A stretch of 64,000 nucleotides of DNA from Pelagibacteraceae bacterium AG-422-N09 (GTDB lineage Bacteria; Pseudomonadota; Alphaproteobacteria; Pelagibacterales; AG-422-B15): contig QCMV01000007.1 in assembly GCA_003213515.1 (NCBI GenBank), forward strand, positions 9,071 through 73,070. The letters are read 5' to 3'. Positions 1 to 10,290 of this stretch are shown here, in pieces (position 1 is the first letter of the stretch; each line of letters opens with the position of its first letter). A program made the translations under genes and the position numbers. The notes under the pieces were generated by a model. It made no database searches. It saw only the letters and a list, made by a program, of their open reading frames with translations, and was not told where the DNA came from.

Positions 1-182
1 TTAATATTCCAATTAAGATTATACTCACACCTAACAGTGTTGTCTGTAATGTGACAAGTCAAAATAGAATTAAAAAATTAAATCCTCAAACTGAGATTTG
101 TTTTATTGATGAAACATCGCATATGCTTCCACTTGAAAAAACTGAGGATGTTGCAAGTGAAATTAATAATTTTCTCACCTAA
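1..182 (+). CDS. 3' end of a gene running in from the left edge; C-terminus resembles an alpha/beta-fold hydrolase
   Basis: Open frame from position 3 to TAA at 180-182. It translates to ...EICFIDETSHMLPLEKTEDVASEINNFLT*, the typical (G)H-x-x-x-x-E-x-P-E...FL tail of alpha/beta hydrolases. Partial, no start in the window. Confidence 0.4.
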   Translation, partial: NIPIKIILTPNSVVCNVTSQNRIKKLNPQTEICFIDETSHMLPLEKTEDVASEINNFLT

Positions 183-224
183 CTAAATCTGTTCTTAACA
201 AAACAAATAAGGTATGTTTAGCAA

Positions 225-1307
225 ATGGAAAATTTTGTAAATTTAGTGCTATCTGTATGGAGCCAAGGGGTTTTTGGTATCGATCTAAACAATATTTTAG
301 TTGCAATAGTAATACTCTTAATTTTCATAATTTTAAGATCAGTTTTTTCAAAAATTGTGATTGGTAGATTAAAAGTTCTTGTAAAAAAATCTAAGACTAA
401 GATAGATGATGCGATGCTTGAGGCTTTTGATGGCCCTCTCAGATTTTTTCCTGTAGTAATCGGTGTATACATAAGCTCTCAGTATTTAAATTTAAATACA
501 ACTCTTGAACTGTTTGCTGCAAATTTAAATCGTTCACTCATAACAATTCAAATATTTTGGTTTTTATACAAAATTATTGATCCGATTTCATCATTTGTTC
601 ACAAATTGGGAGAATTGCTAACAAATGATCTTATAGATTGGGGTGTAAGAATTTTAAAATTCTTCATATTTGTTATCGGGGCAGCTGCGGTTTTAGAAAT
701 ATGGGGAATCAAGGTTGGACCAATTCTAGCTGGACTAGGACTTTTAAGTGTGGCTGTGGCTTTGGGTGCGCAAGATTTATTTAAAAATCTGATATCAGGA
801 ATTTTAATTTTATTAGAGAAACGATTTCAAAATGGAGATTGGATTAAAGTTGAAAACATTGTTGAAGGGGTAGTAGAAAAAATAGGTTTTCGATCAACAT
901 TAGTTAGAAGGTTTGATTCTTCACCTGTTATGGTTCCAAATTTTAATTTTGCAGAAAATGCTGTCACAAATTTTAGCAATATGAAAAGTAGGCGTATATA
1001 TTGGAATATTGGCTTAGAATATAGGACTACACGTGACCAGTTAAGAAAAATTAGAGACGAGATAGATGACTACATCACAAGCGATGGTAATTTTGTTAAA
1101 TCTTCCGAACAGCCATTGTTTGTAAGAATTGAAAAATTTTCAGATAGCTCAATTGATTTGTTAATTTACTGTTTTGCAACAACTACAAATTGGGGAGAGT
1201 GGTTAGAGATCAAAGAAAAATTAGCTTTAGAAATAAAAGAAATTGTCGAGAAAAATGGTGCTGGCTTTGCTTTTCCTTCTCAATCAATTTATATCGAAAA
1301 AAATTAA
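225..1307 (+). CDS. Small-conductance mechanosensitive channel (MscS family)
   Basis: N-terminal TM helices followed by the MscS signature region GAQDLFKNLISGILILLEKRFQNGDWIKV and a beta-domain. Confidence 0.85.
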   Translation: MENFVNLVLSVWSQGVFGIDLNNILVAIVILLIFIILRSVFSKIVIGRLKVLVKKSKTKIDDAMLEAFDGPLRFFPVVIGVYISSQYLNLNTTLELFAANLNRSLITIQIFWFLYKIIDPISSFVHKLGELLTNDLIDWGVRILKFFIFVIGAAAVLEIWGIKVGPILAGLGLLSVAVALGAQDLFKNLISGILILLEKRFQNGDWIKVENIVEGVVEKIGFRSTLVRRFDSSPVMVPNFNFAENAVTNFSNMKSRRIYWNIGLEYRTTRDQLRKIRDEIDDYITSDGNFVKSSEQPLFVRIEKFSDSSIDLLIYCFATTTNWGEWLEIKEKLALEIKEIVEKNGAGFAFPSQSIYIEKN

Positions 1308-2638
1308 AAAGACTCGCCCTCAAAGAGTTTCTGGATATTCAATTCATTATTTTGAAAATACAGTTTTTTAGCTTTTTCTGATGCAGTTTCTTTTTTGTCG
1401 ATCACTTCAAACAAATAATCTAAGTGTACGGTTTCATCATCTCCGTATAAATTTTTCTTACTCCGTTTTTTGAGTCCCTCAAACGAGATGTTTATAAGTT
1501 TCTCTGCTAATTGCCATCCCGTTTTATTTTTGTACAAAGAATTAAGTCCGTTTGATAGGACATCACTTCTAAATTTAATTAAATCATCATATTCAAATTC
1601 ACTAATCAATTTGATAGTTTCTTCTAATGCTTCTTCTTGATATAAAATGCCTGACCAAAAAGCTGGTAAAGCGCAGAGTGTGTCGTAACTTCCTGCATCA
1701 GCACCTCTCATTTCAATAAAAGTTTTTAACCTCACCTCAGTAAAGATGGTCGAGATATGATTTATCCAATCTTCAATTAAAATATCATCAGGCGCAAATT
1801 GATTATTTTTTCCATCTAACAGGTCTTGGAATGTATATTTGGTACAATTATGATAATTATTATCTCTGATAATTGCGTATACGGGAACTTGTAAGGCATA
1901 ATCAATGTATTCCTCAAAGCTCAAAGTTTTTTCAGTCAAAAACTTCGGAATACCAGTTCTCTCTGTATCAGTTTTTGTCCAAACATAACCTCTATAAGTT
2001 TCATAGCCTGAAAGCTTTGAATTTTTGAATGGGGAGTTTGAAAATAAACCTGTCACTATTGGCTGAACGAATGCTGATACATTAATTTTTCTTTGCATAT
2101 CACTTTCTGAAATATAGTCGAAATTTGCTTGAACTGTTGCTGACTGATACATCATTTCTAGACCTAAACCAGAAAGCGATTTCATATAAGGAGTCATAAT
2201 CTCTGAATATCTTTTCTTTGGAACCATTGGTACATCTTTTAGCTCACCAATTGGAAAGAAGCCGAGTCCTAAAAAGCCAATATTATACTTTTCTTCTAAT
2301 TTTTTTGTAAATTCGAGGTGATTATTTATTTCCTTACAAGTTTCGTGAATCGTTTTAAGAGGTGCTCCAGATAATTCAAATTGACCGCCAGGTTCAAGTG
2401 TTATACTTGCCCTATCTTTATTGAGCGCAATAATATTTTCATTCTCTTTTATTGGTGTCCAGCCATCCTTTATAAAGTCGTCAAAAATTGAGTTAATACT
2501 TACATCTCCGCTATAGGGAACTAAACTAAGATCACTTTTGTGATAAATAAATTTCTCATGTTCGGTACCTATTTTAATTTCAGATGTATTCTTAATACCG
2601 TTTTCAAAATATTTTATTAGATCACTTTTTTTAAGCAT
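1304..2638 (-). CDS. gshA: Glutamate-cysteine ligase, plant/alphaproteobacterial type (GCS2)
   Basis: 444 aa with GTEHEKF..., ITLEPGGQFELSGAP, MRGADAG motifs typical of type-2 gamma-glutamylcysteine synthetase. Confidence 0.85.
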   Translation of the reverse strand: MLKKSDLIKYFENGIKNTSEIKIGTEHEKFIYHKSDLSLVPYSGDVSINSIFDDFIKDGWTPIKENENIIALNKDRASITLEPGGQFELSGAPLKTIHETCKEINNHLEFTKKLEEKYNIGFLGLGFFPIGELKDVPMVPKKRYSEIMTPYMKSLSGLGLEMMYQSATVQANFDYISESDMQRKINVSAFVQPIVTGLFSNSPFKNSKLSGYETYRGYVWTKTDTERTGIPKFLTEKTLSFEEYIDYALQVPVYAIIRDNNYHNCTKYTFQDLLDGKNNQFAPDDILIEDWINHISTIFTEVRLKTFIEMRGADAGSYDTLCALPAFWSGILYQEEALEETIKLISEFEYDDLIKFRSDVLSNGLNSLYKNKTGWQLAEKLINISFEGLKKRSKKNLYGDDETVHLDYLFEVIDKKETASEKAKKLYFQNNELNIQKLFEGESF

Positions 2639-3350
2639 TATAAATTTTGTCCATAATAATTGAACTCGCAGTAATTGCAGCAGTTTCTGATTTTAAAATA
2701 TTTGGCCCAAGTGTAACGCCTATAGATTTTTTCTTTGATTTTAAACTTTCATACTCTTTAGCTGAAAAATCTCCTTCAGGTCCTATGATTATACCAATTG
2801 CTTCATTTTTGGTCAGTTTTCTATTCTTTATTTTTTCTTCATTATTATCTAACGAGCAATATAAATAACCTGCTAAAGAGTTATCATTAATCATTGTTGC
2901 AAATGATATAGGATTATTAATTTCCGGTATCTTATTTCGATTAGACTGCTCACACGCTTCAACAGCAATAAGTCTCAGTCTTTCAAAATTCACATTCTTC
3001 ATATTAGTTCTTTCCATAATTACTGGTTGAAAAATTGAAATTCCAATTTCTGAGCACTTTTGTATCATGATTTCTAGAGGTGTACGTTTTATAGGGGAAA
3101 AAAATAGAGTTATATTATGATCTTCACTTTCGATTTTTTTTTGATCAATTATTTCTAATTCACATGTATTTTTTGTAATATTAATAACTTTTGTTAAACA
3201 AAGAAACTCACGATTGAAAACTGTAACATAGTCACTTTTTTTTGTTCTCAAAACACTCTTTAAATAATGTATCTGGTTAGCATCAAGAATAATTTGATCG
3301 TTTGAATTTATTTTTTTATCTACAAAAATTCTGTTTTTAATTTTTTTCAT
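2631..3350 (-). CDS. rsmE: 16S rRNA (uracil1498-N3)-methyltransferase RsmE
   Basis: PUA-like N-terminus and the C-terminal SPOUT motif IIIGPEGDFS...LGPNILKSETA. I place the start at ATG 3350 (MKKIKNRIF...). The longer track ORF to 3485 would overlap ubiA. Confidence 0.8.
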   Translation of the reverse strand: MKKIKNRIFVDKKINSNDQIILDANQIHYLKSVLRTKKSDYVTVFNREFLCLTKVINITKNTCELEIIDQKKIESEDHNITLFFSPIKRTPLEIMIQKCSEIGISIFQPVIMERTNMKNVNFERLRLIAVEACEQSNRNKIPEINNPISFATMINDNSLAGYLYCSLDNNEEKIKNRKLTKNEAIGIIIGPEGDFSAKEYESLKSKKKSIGVTLGPNILKSETAAITASSIIMDKIYNA

Positions 3351-3391
3351 ATATATATTGGTTATAACATTATTTATTTTATAAAGATAAG

Positions 3392-4243
3392 TTGAAAAAA
3401 TATTCACAATTATTGCGTCTAGAGCAGCCCGTTGGTTTTTTTCTGCTAATGTTGCCGTGTTTTTGGGGTGTGCTCGCTGCCTCAAATTCCTACCAACACT
3501 TATGGAGCAATAGCTACTTATTTCTTATTTTTGCAATCGGATCAATTGTCATGAGATCGGCTGGATGTATCATAAATGATTTTTTTGATAAAGATCTAGA
3601 CAAACATGTAACAAGAACATCTCAAAGACCACTTGCTAGTGGTGCAATTTCTTCTTTTGAAGCCTTCATAATTTTTTCAATACTTAATTTGATTGGTCTG
3701 GCTATATTACTATCTCTAAATTTGCTCGCCATTATTATTGGTTTAATTTCTTTTGTGTTATTTATTTTTTATCCTTTAATGAAAAGAATAACTTATTGGC
3801 CTCAACTTTTTTTAGGTATAACTTTTAATATTGGCTGTTTGATAGGATATGCTGCAATTGAAAATCAATTAAATTTTCAAATTATAATATTATATCTCTC
3901 TGGTATTTTTTGGACTTTAGGTTATGACACAATATATGCTCATCAGGATCGTGAGGATGACTTAAATATTGGAATAAAATCAACTGCAATTTTATTTGGA
4001 AATAATACGAAACAATGGATCATTATTTTCTATAGCTTGATGGTGTTATGCTTGATATTATTTGGTTTATTGCATGATCAAAATATCTACTATTTTATTT
4101 TATTGATATTCGTTAGTGCCCATTTGTTTTCCCAGATAAAGAGACTAGATATAGAAAATAAAGGCAAATGTTTAAGTATTTTTAAAAGTAACCAATACTT
4201 AGGTTTGATGGTTGCCCTGACTTTATTTATAGGTATTTTATAA
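3392..4243 (+). CDS. ubiA: 4-hydroxybenzoate polyprenyltransferase (UbiA)
   Basis: Polytopic protein with NDFFDKDLDKHVTRTSQRPLASG and YAHQDREDD motifs. Apparent TTG start. Confidence 0.85.
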   Translation: MKKYSQLLRLEQPVGFFLLMLPCFWGVLAASNSYQHLWSNSYLFLIFAIGSIVMRSAGCIINDFFDKDLDKHVTRTSQRPLASGAISSFEAFIIFSILNLIGLAILLSLNLLAIIIGLISFVLFIFYPLMKRITYWPQLFLGITFNIGCLIGYAAIENQLNFQIIILYLSGIFWTLGYDTIYAHQDREDDLNIGIKSTAILFGNNTKQWIIIFYSLMVLCLILFGLLHDQNIYYFILLIFVSAHLFSQIKRLDIENKGKCLSIFKSNQYLGLMVALTLFIGIL

Positions 4244-4245
4244 TA

Positions 4246-5577
4246 ATGAACTTTGAAGAAACTGCTCAAAATATAATAGATTTAACTCTCAAAGCAGGCG
4301 CATCAGATTGTGATGTTGTTCTTGCTAAATCCTATGGTAAGTCAATAAGTTGTAGATTTCAAAAGATAGAAGACTTAGATGAGTCTAATGAAAAAACAAT
4401 AGGCATTAGAGCATTAGTTGATCAACGCCAAGCATTTGTTTCATCGTCAGATATTGAGTCTGACAATATTGATAAACTTGTTTCAAAATGTGTTGAAATG
4501 GCAAAATTGGCTCCAATTGATGACACTGCTGTACTTGGAGACAGCTCGATGTTTGAACACGATGCAATTGATTTAGATTTATTTGAGAAAGACGAAGTAG
4601 ATACTGAAAAACTTATTGATGCTGTAAAAGAATGTGAAGATGCAGCTTTGTCGGTAAAAGGTATTACAAATTCAGAGGGAGCTGGGGCTTCTACTTCCAA
4701 GGGAGAGTTTTATCTTGCTACAAGTAATGGCTTTCAAGGTGGATATCAATCATCAAGCAGTTCGGTATCTTGTTCGGTTCTCGCTGGACAGGGTCAGGAC
4801 ATGGAAAGAGATTACGAATATGCTGTGAAAAGACACTCAACTGATTTGCCAAGTGCAAAGGGAATTGGATTATCTGCTGCAAAAAAAACCCTAAAAAGGC
4901 TTAATGCCAAAAAAATCAGTTCAACAAAATTGCCTGTTGTTTTTGATAAACGAATAAGTAATGACTTATTGGGCTATCTAGCAAGTTCAATATCGGGCAC
5001 TTCAATAGCTAGAGGTACAAGTTTTCTAAAAGATAGTTTAGGAAAACAAATATTTAATAAAGACGTAACAATTATAGATGATCCAGCGATTAATAGAGGA
5101 CTTGGATCAAAACCATTTGATGGTGAGGGTATTAAAGTTAAGAAAAGAGAGTTAGTTACAAACGGCAAACTCAATACTTGGATCTTAAATACATCAACTG
5201 CAAAAAAATTAGGATTAAAAACTACTGGAAACGCATCAAGATCAGTTAGTTCTCCACCAGGTGTATCTACCTCTAATTTATACATGACAAACGGATTAAA
5301 AAGTTACGATGATATTTTATCCTCCATAAGTTATGGTTTTTATGCGACTGAATTAATTGGTATGGGAGTTAATTTAGTCACTGGCGATTACAGCATGGGG
5401 GCGAGCGGTATGCTTATTGAAAAAGGCGAAATAACGCATGCAGTAAGCGAAGTAACGATTGCTTCAAATCTAAAAGAAATATTTATGAATTTATCAGCAG
5501 CTAATGATTTAGAATTCAAATACCGTACCAATGCCCCAACAGTGCTCATCGAGAGCATGACTTTAGCTGGAAAATAA
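4246..5577 (+). CDS. pmbA: PmbA/TldD-family metalloprotease
   Basis: 443 aa. The C-terminal GDYSMGASGMLIEKGEI region is typical of PmbA_TldD. Confidence 0.8.
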   Translation: MNFEETAQNIIDLTLKAGASDCDVVLAKSYGKSISCRFQKIEDLDESNEKTIGIRALVDQRQAFVSSSDIESDNIDKLVSKCVEMAKLAPIDDTAVLGDSSMFEHDAIDLDLFEKDEVDTEKLIDAVKECEDAALSVKGITNSEGAGASTSKGEFYLATSNGFQGGYQSSSSSVSCSVLAGQGQDMERDYEYAVKRHSTDLPSAKGIGLSAAKKTLKRLNAKKISSTKLPVVFDKRISNDLLGYLASSISGTSIARGTSFLKDSLGKQIFNKDVTIIDDPAINRGLGSKPFDGEGIKVKKRELVTNGKLNTWILNTSTAKKLGLKTTGNASRSVSSPPGVSTSNLYMTNGLKSYDDILSSISYGFYATELIGMGVNLVTGDYSMGASGMLIEKGEITHAVSEVTIASNLKEIFMNLSAANDLEFKYRTNAPTVLIESMTLAGK

Positions 5578-5642
5578 GATTTTTAGCCATTTATCAATAT
5601 TTAGATTTAAATTTTTGATAATAGTATTATGAATACCTCTTC

Positions 5643-7373
5643 ATGACAGGATCGCAAATACTAATCAGGCTGTTTAAGGATAGTATTAAACCCTATACAG
5701 TTAGACTTTTTAGTTCTCTATTTTTTATGGTCATCATCGCGCTTGCAACTGGAGCGACTGCTTGGCTTTTGGATCCTGCAATTGATAAAATTTTTCTGGA
5801 TAAAGATGAGTCAATGCTCTTATTAATTCCGATTGCAATAATATTAACACTATTTATTAAGAGTGTAGCAACTTACATACAAATAATATTATTGAATGGA
5901 GTTGCTCAGAATATTATTGCTGATACACAAATAAAACTTTTTAAGAAAATTATTAATGCAGATCTTGCCTGGTTGCATAAAATTCATTCAGCCAAAATAA
6001 TATCAAATTTCTTATACGATGTTACATTGTTACAAGATTCTGTAAGTAGTAGTTTAGCAAATGGAGTAAAAGATATACTCACATTGATTTGTCTGGTTGG
6101 TGTAATGTATTATCAAGATTGGCAGCTAGCAACAATCTCAATAATTGCTTTTCCGTTGGTCGGGGTACTCACTAGACGTTTAGGAAAAAGAATAAAAAAA
6201 GCCTCAACAGAAACACAAGAGGAAACTGGTGTCCTTGCTTCTATATTGTCTGAAAATCTAGATGGAACAAGAATTGTAAAAGCCTATCAACAGGAAACGC
6301 AGGAAATAGAAAAGCTTAGTAAATCCGTATTTCGAAGAATGCAAAAAATTTTGAAAGGTATTAATGCAAGAGGTGCTGCATCCCCATTTGCAGAATTTCT
6401 AGCAGGTTTCGGTATCGCTGGAGCACTCTACTATGCAGGTTTAAGAGGACTGCAAGGTGAATTGGCTTTAAACGAATTTGTATCATTTTTGGGAGCGATG
6501 ATGCTCGCTTTTCAACCTCTAAGACGCTTAGCTCAAATAAATGCAACTTTACAAGAGGGATTTGCAGCAGCAATTAGAGTGTTCGGATTACTTGACCAAA
6601 AAAGCTATATTAATGAGAAGCCCAGAGCATCTGATCTATCTCTCAGTAAATCAGATATATCTTTTGAAAATGTAACTTTATCCTATGAAGGGCAAAAAAA
6701 CTCAGCTTTGAAAGAAATTAGCTTAAAGGTCCCGCACGGTAAAACAACCGCTTTAGTTGGCCCAAGCGGATCAGGCAAATCATCAATTCTAAATCTTATA
6801 CCAAGGTTTTATGACCCTGATACAGGAAGTGTTAAAATTGATAACCAAGATATAAAAGAATTATCAATTGCATCGGTAAGATCTTCAATCGCATTAGTTA
6901 GTCAAGAGCCAATTTTATTCGATATGTCTATTCACGATAATATTCTATATGGTAAACCAGACTCTCCCGATAATGAAGTCATAAAAGCTGCAAAAGCAGC
7001 TGCGGCAGACGAATTTATTAATGAGCTTCCAGATAAATATAAAACTGTAGTAGGTGAAAAAGGTTATAGTTTATCAGGTGGGCAAAAACAGAGGATTTCA
7101 ATTGCAAGAGCCTTTCTTAAAGACGCACCAATACTTTTACTTGATGAGGCTACTTCAAGTCTTGATACAGAGTCTGAACATCTTGTACAAAAAGCGATAA
7201 GTGTTCTCATGAAGGATAGAACTACTCTCGTAATCGCTCATAGACTTAGTACGATTATAAATTCAGATCAAATAATTGTTTTAGACTCAGGTAAGGTTGT
7301 AGAAACTGGTACTCATGAAGAATTATTAAATAAAGATGGCGTTTATAAAAAATTATATGAGCGTGAATTTTAA
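5643..7373 (+). CDS. msbA: ABC exporter, fused permease/ATPase, MsbA-like lipid A flippase
   Basis: Six-TM domain plus Walker A GPSGSGKSS, signature LSGGQKQR and Walker B LLLDEATS. It heads the lipid A/Kdo gene block. Confidence 0.75.
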   Translation: MTGSQILIRLFKDSIKPYTVRLFSSLFFMVIIALATGATAWLLDPAIDKIFLDKDESMLLLIPIAIILTLFIKSVATYIQIILLNGVAQNIIADTQIKLFKKIINADLAWLHKIHSAKIISNFLYDVTLLQDSVSSSLANGVKDILTLICLVGVMYYQDWQLATISIIAFPLVGVLTRRLGKRIKKASTETQEETGVLASILSENLDGTRIVKAYQQETQEIEKLSKSVFRRMQKILKGINARGAASPFAEFLAGFGIAGALYYAGLRGLQGELALNEFVSFLGAMMLAFQPLRRLAQINATLQEGFAAAIRVFGLLDQKSYINEKPRASDLSLSKSDISFENVTLSYEGQKNSALKEISLKVPHGKTTALVGPSGSGKSSILNLIPRFYDPDTGSVKIDNQDIKELSIASVRSSIALVSQEPILFDMSIHDNILYGKPDSPDNEVIKAAKAAAADEFINELPDKYKTVVGEKGYSLSGGQKQRISIARAFLKDAPILLLDEATSSLDTESEHLVQKAISVLMKDRTTLVIAHRLSTIINSDQIIVLDSGKVVETGTHEELLNKDGVYKKLYEREF

Positions 7374-7379
7374 AAGCTG

Positions 7380-8057
7380 ATGGTAAAATACATTGCTGGA
7401 TTTAAATTAACCCAATTATTAATATCCTTGCTTGGATCACTGTACGTATTATTTGTTTATAAGACATCTACGATTGATTTAAAGAATAGAAAAAATATTG
7501 ATAGGTTATTTAAAAAAAAAGAATCTTTCATTTATGCATTTTGGCATGATCAACTATTAATTTGCCCTCTTACATGGCAAAGTGAATTTGAAATAAAAGT
7601 ATTAATCTCTAAACACAGAGACGGCGATATAATCGCTAGATTAATATCAAAACTTGGATTTAAGGCTATTAGAGGATCTACCCATAAATCTGGCAAAACT
7701 AAGAATAAAGGTGGGCTGACATCAGCGCGCCAAATGATAAAATCTCTTAAAAACGGTATTTCAATTGGAATCTCGCCCGACGGTCCTAAAGGACCACGCC
7801 ACAAGGTCAGCGACGGCATCCTGAGCATCTCCCGTCTGAGTAATTCATCAATACTTCCTGTAGGTATAGGTTTTAAAAAAAAATGGGTACTGAATACTTG
7901 GGATAAATTTATTATACCAAAACCATTTAATCAAATCACGATAATCTGGGGTGAAGCAATTCCAGCCATAAAAGATGAAAAAAGTATTAATCAGACTAAG
8001 AATAAACTAGAAAGTAAAATGGAAAATTTAACTAAAAGAGCTAATAAAAATAATTAA
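7380..8057 (+). CDS. DUF374-type lysophospholipid acyltransferase-family protein
   Basis: FWHDQLL and ISPDGPKGPRH motifs. It holds the conserved position between msbA and waaA. Confidence 0.7.
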   Translation: MVKYIAGFKLTQLLISLLGSLYVLFVYKTSTIDLKNRKNIDRLFKKKESFIYAFWHDQLLICPLTWQSEFEIKVLISKHRDGDIIARLISKLGFKAIRGSTHKSGKTKNKGGLTSARQMIKSLKNGISIGISPDGPKGPRHKVSDGILSISRLSNSSILPVGIGFKKKWVLNTWDKFIIPKPFNQITIIWGEAIPAIKDEKSINQTKNKLESKMENLTKRANKNN

Positions 8058-8059
8058 TA

Positions 8060-9307
8060 ATGCTACCTTATTATAGTTATAGGTTAATTACGACACTCAT
8101 AAGACCATTTATTGATTTTTATATTCTTATTAGAATTTTAAAGGGCAAAGAAGATAGATTAAGGGTAACAGAAAGATATGGAACAAGTGATATTAAGAGA
8201 AAAGACGGCAAAGTCATTTGGTTTCATGCCGCTAGTATTGGAGAAAGTTTATCAATTTTACCTTTACTAAAAAAATTAAACTCTGATAAATCCATTGATC
8301 AAATAATTCTTACTACCGGGACACTTACTTCTGCAAATATACTCAAAGATAAGTTATCAAAAAAAATTATTCATCAATTTATTCCATTTGATGTTCCATC
8401 TTATATACATAAGTTTCTAAATCACTGGAACCCCTCTTTGGCTGTATTTGTTGAGTCTGAAATTTGGCCTAACTTTCTAACTGAGCTTAAAAAAAGAAAT
8501 GTATGTTCTCTAATTGTTAATGGAAGAATGACAATTAAAAGTTTTAAGAGATGGTCAATGCTCAGTGGATCATCAAAAAATCTATTTTCTAAGATTACTG
8601 CATGCTGTACTCAAAACAGTGATAGTGCTTTTTTTTATGAGAAGTTAGGTATTAAAAATACTATTAATACAGGAAATCTTAAATTTGCTTATAAACCTGA
8701 CGAAATTATTTCAGATGAACTAAAAAAACTGAGATCCCTTACAAAGAAACGTAAAATATTTCTTGCAGCCAGTACACATCCTGGAGAGGAAGAAATAATT
8801 AAAAACATTACACTTAATTTAAAAAAAACCGTAAAAGACCTTCTAACAATTATTGTACCCAGACACGTAACTAGAAAATCATTTTTTTCATCATCTAAAG
8901 GACTTGGTTTATCTATCAGGTCAAAGAAAGAAAAGATCAATGATCGAACATATTTATATCTTGCTGATACAATAGGAGAATTGAACATATTTTATAGTTT
9001 AGCAAATATAGTTTTTATTGGTGGCAGTTTAGTGCCACATGGTGGACAAAATCCCATAGAAGCTGCTTATTTAGGTAAAAAAATATATCATGGCAAAAAT
9101 ATTCAGAATTTCATTGATGTTTACGACGTTCTTAATCAATTAAAATTTACTCAACAAGTAGAAAATGAACGCCAGCTAGAGCATTACGTTAAAGAAGCAT
9201 TAGCTAACCCAAAGTCTATAAATAAGGATATTAATATAAATAGACTAAAAAAAGAGGGTGATGATACAGTAAGTAAAGTACTGGAAGTTATTTACCAATA
9301 TTTATAG
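8060..9307 (+). CDS. waaA: 3-deoxy-D-manno-octulosonic acid (Kdo) transferase
   Basis: The WFHAASIGE motif and the GGSLVPHGGQNPIEAA C-terminal region are typical of KdtA/WaaA. Confidence 0.85.
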   Translation: MLPYYSYRLITTLIRPFIDFYILIRILKGKEDRLRVTERYGTSDIKRKDGKVIWFHAASIGESLSILPLLKKLNSDKSIDQIILTTGTLTSANILKDKLSKKIIHQFIPFDVPSYIHKFLNHWNPSLAVFVESEIWPNFLTELKKRNVCSLIVNGRMTIKSFKRWSMLSGSSKNLFSKITACCTQNSDSAFFYEKLGIKNTINTGNLKFAYKPDEIISDELKKLRSLTKKRKIFLAASTHPGEEEIIKNITLNLKKTVKDLLTIIVPRHVTRKSFFSSSKGLGLSIRSKKEKINDRTYLYLADTIGELNIFYSLANIVFIGGSLVPHGGQNPIEAAYLGKKIYHGKNIQNFIDVYDVLNQLKFTQQVENERQLEHYVKEALANPKSINKDININRLKKEGDDTVSKVLEVIYQYL

Positions 9308-10285
9308 TTGCGCATGGAAAAAATAATATTGAATATATGGTATTCCAATCAAATTTTTTATAGATTGGTTTCGTACGTACTTATTCCAATATCTTTACTA
9401 TATTTATTAATTTTTTACTTAATCAGAATATTCAAAACTGAATACAAAATTGATATTCCAATCATATGTATAGGCAATATAAACTTAGGCGGCACAGGAA
9501 AGACCTCAACGCTTTTAGAAATTATTAATCATTTCAAAATTAATAACAAAAATATTTGTGTATTGTTAAAAGGATATGGTGGTAAAAAAACTATTTTTAA
9601 AAAAGTATCACCAGACGAGTCAGCGATCCAAGTGGGTGATGAGGCAATTCTCTATTCAAATCATGTACCTACTTATATTTCAACGAACCGGAGGTTAGCT
9701 GTGAAAAAAATTTTAGATGATGTTAATCCTGATTTTATTTTACTTGATGATGGTTTCCAAGATAAGTCTCTTTTTAAAGATAAAAACATTTTGATGGTAA
9801 ATGGGGCACGTGGTTTTGGAAACGGATTATGTTTGCCAGCTGGACCATTAAGAGAACTAATTAAGCCTGCGTTAAAAAAAGCCCAATTTTTAATTATTGT
9901 TGGCGATGATAAAACAAAAATAAAAAGTATGTATAAAAATATAAATATTGATACCCTTACCGCTTCGATAAAACCATTATATATCGACAAAAATAAAAAA
10001 TACTTAGCTTTTAGCGGTATTGGAAACAATCAAAGCTTCTTTGATACTCTTATCGATAATAATTGCACTGTACTTAAAACAGTTGAATTTCCGGATCATC
10101 ATTTTTTTTCAGAAAATGATCTTAACAAACTTAAAAAAACAGCATCAGATAATAATCTTTCACTTATTACAACTGAAAAAGATTTTGTTAGAATTCCAAA
10201 AGAAAAAAGAGATGGAATTGAATGTTTAAAAGTGAAGATAAAATTACACAACATGGACAAATTTATGCATAAACTGGTTAACTAA
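9308..10285 (+). CDS. lpxK: Tetraacyldisaccharide 4'-kinase
   Basis: P-loop GNINLGGTGKT and LLDDGFQD motifs. The start is TTG 9308 or ATG 9314. Confidence 0.85.
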   Translation: MRMEKIILNIWYSNQIFYRLVSYVLIPISLLYLLIFYLIRIFKTEYKIDIPIICIGNINLGGTGKTSTLLEIINHFKINNKNICVLLKGYGGKKTIFKKVSPDESAIQVGDEAILYSNHVPTYISTNRRLAVKKILDDVNPDFILLDDGFQDKSLFKDKNILMVNGARGFGNGLCLPAGPLRELIKPALKKAQFLIIVGDDKTKIKSMYKNINIDTLTASIKPLYIDKNKKYLAFSGIGNNQSFFDTLIDNNCTVLKTVEFPDHHFFSENDLNKLKKTASDNNLSLITTEKDFVRIPKEKRDGIECLKVKIKLHNMDKFMHKLVN

Positions 10286-10290
10286 CTCTC

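Noticed and set aside
3355-3375. GGTTATAACA palindrome in the rsmE / ubiA spacer as a possible fourth Zur box
   Set aside because: Only an 8-bp GTTATAAC core is present. It does not fit the TGTTAT-N3-ATAACA spacing of the three island sites, and the flanking genes have no link to zinc.
2631-3485. Long version of the rsmE ORF (284 aa) extending over the ubiA start
   Set aside because: The extra 45 N-terminal residues have no RsmE counterpart and would overlap ubiA by about 90 nt. ATG 3350 gives a normal-length RsmE and a divergent promoter spacer.
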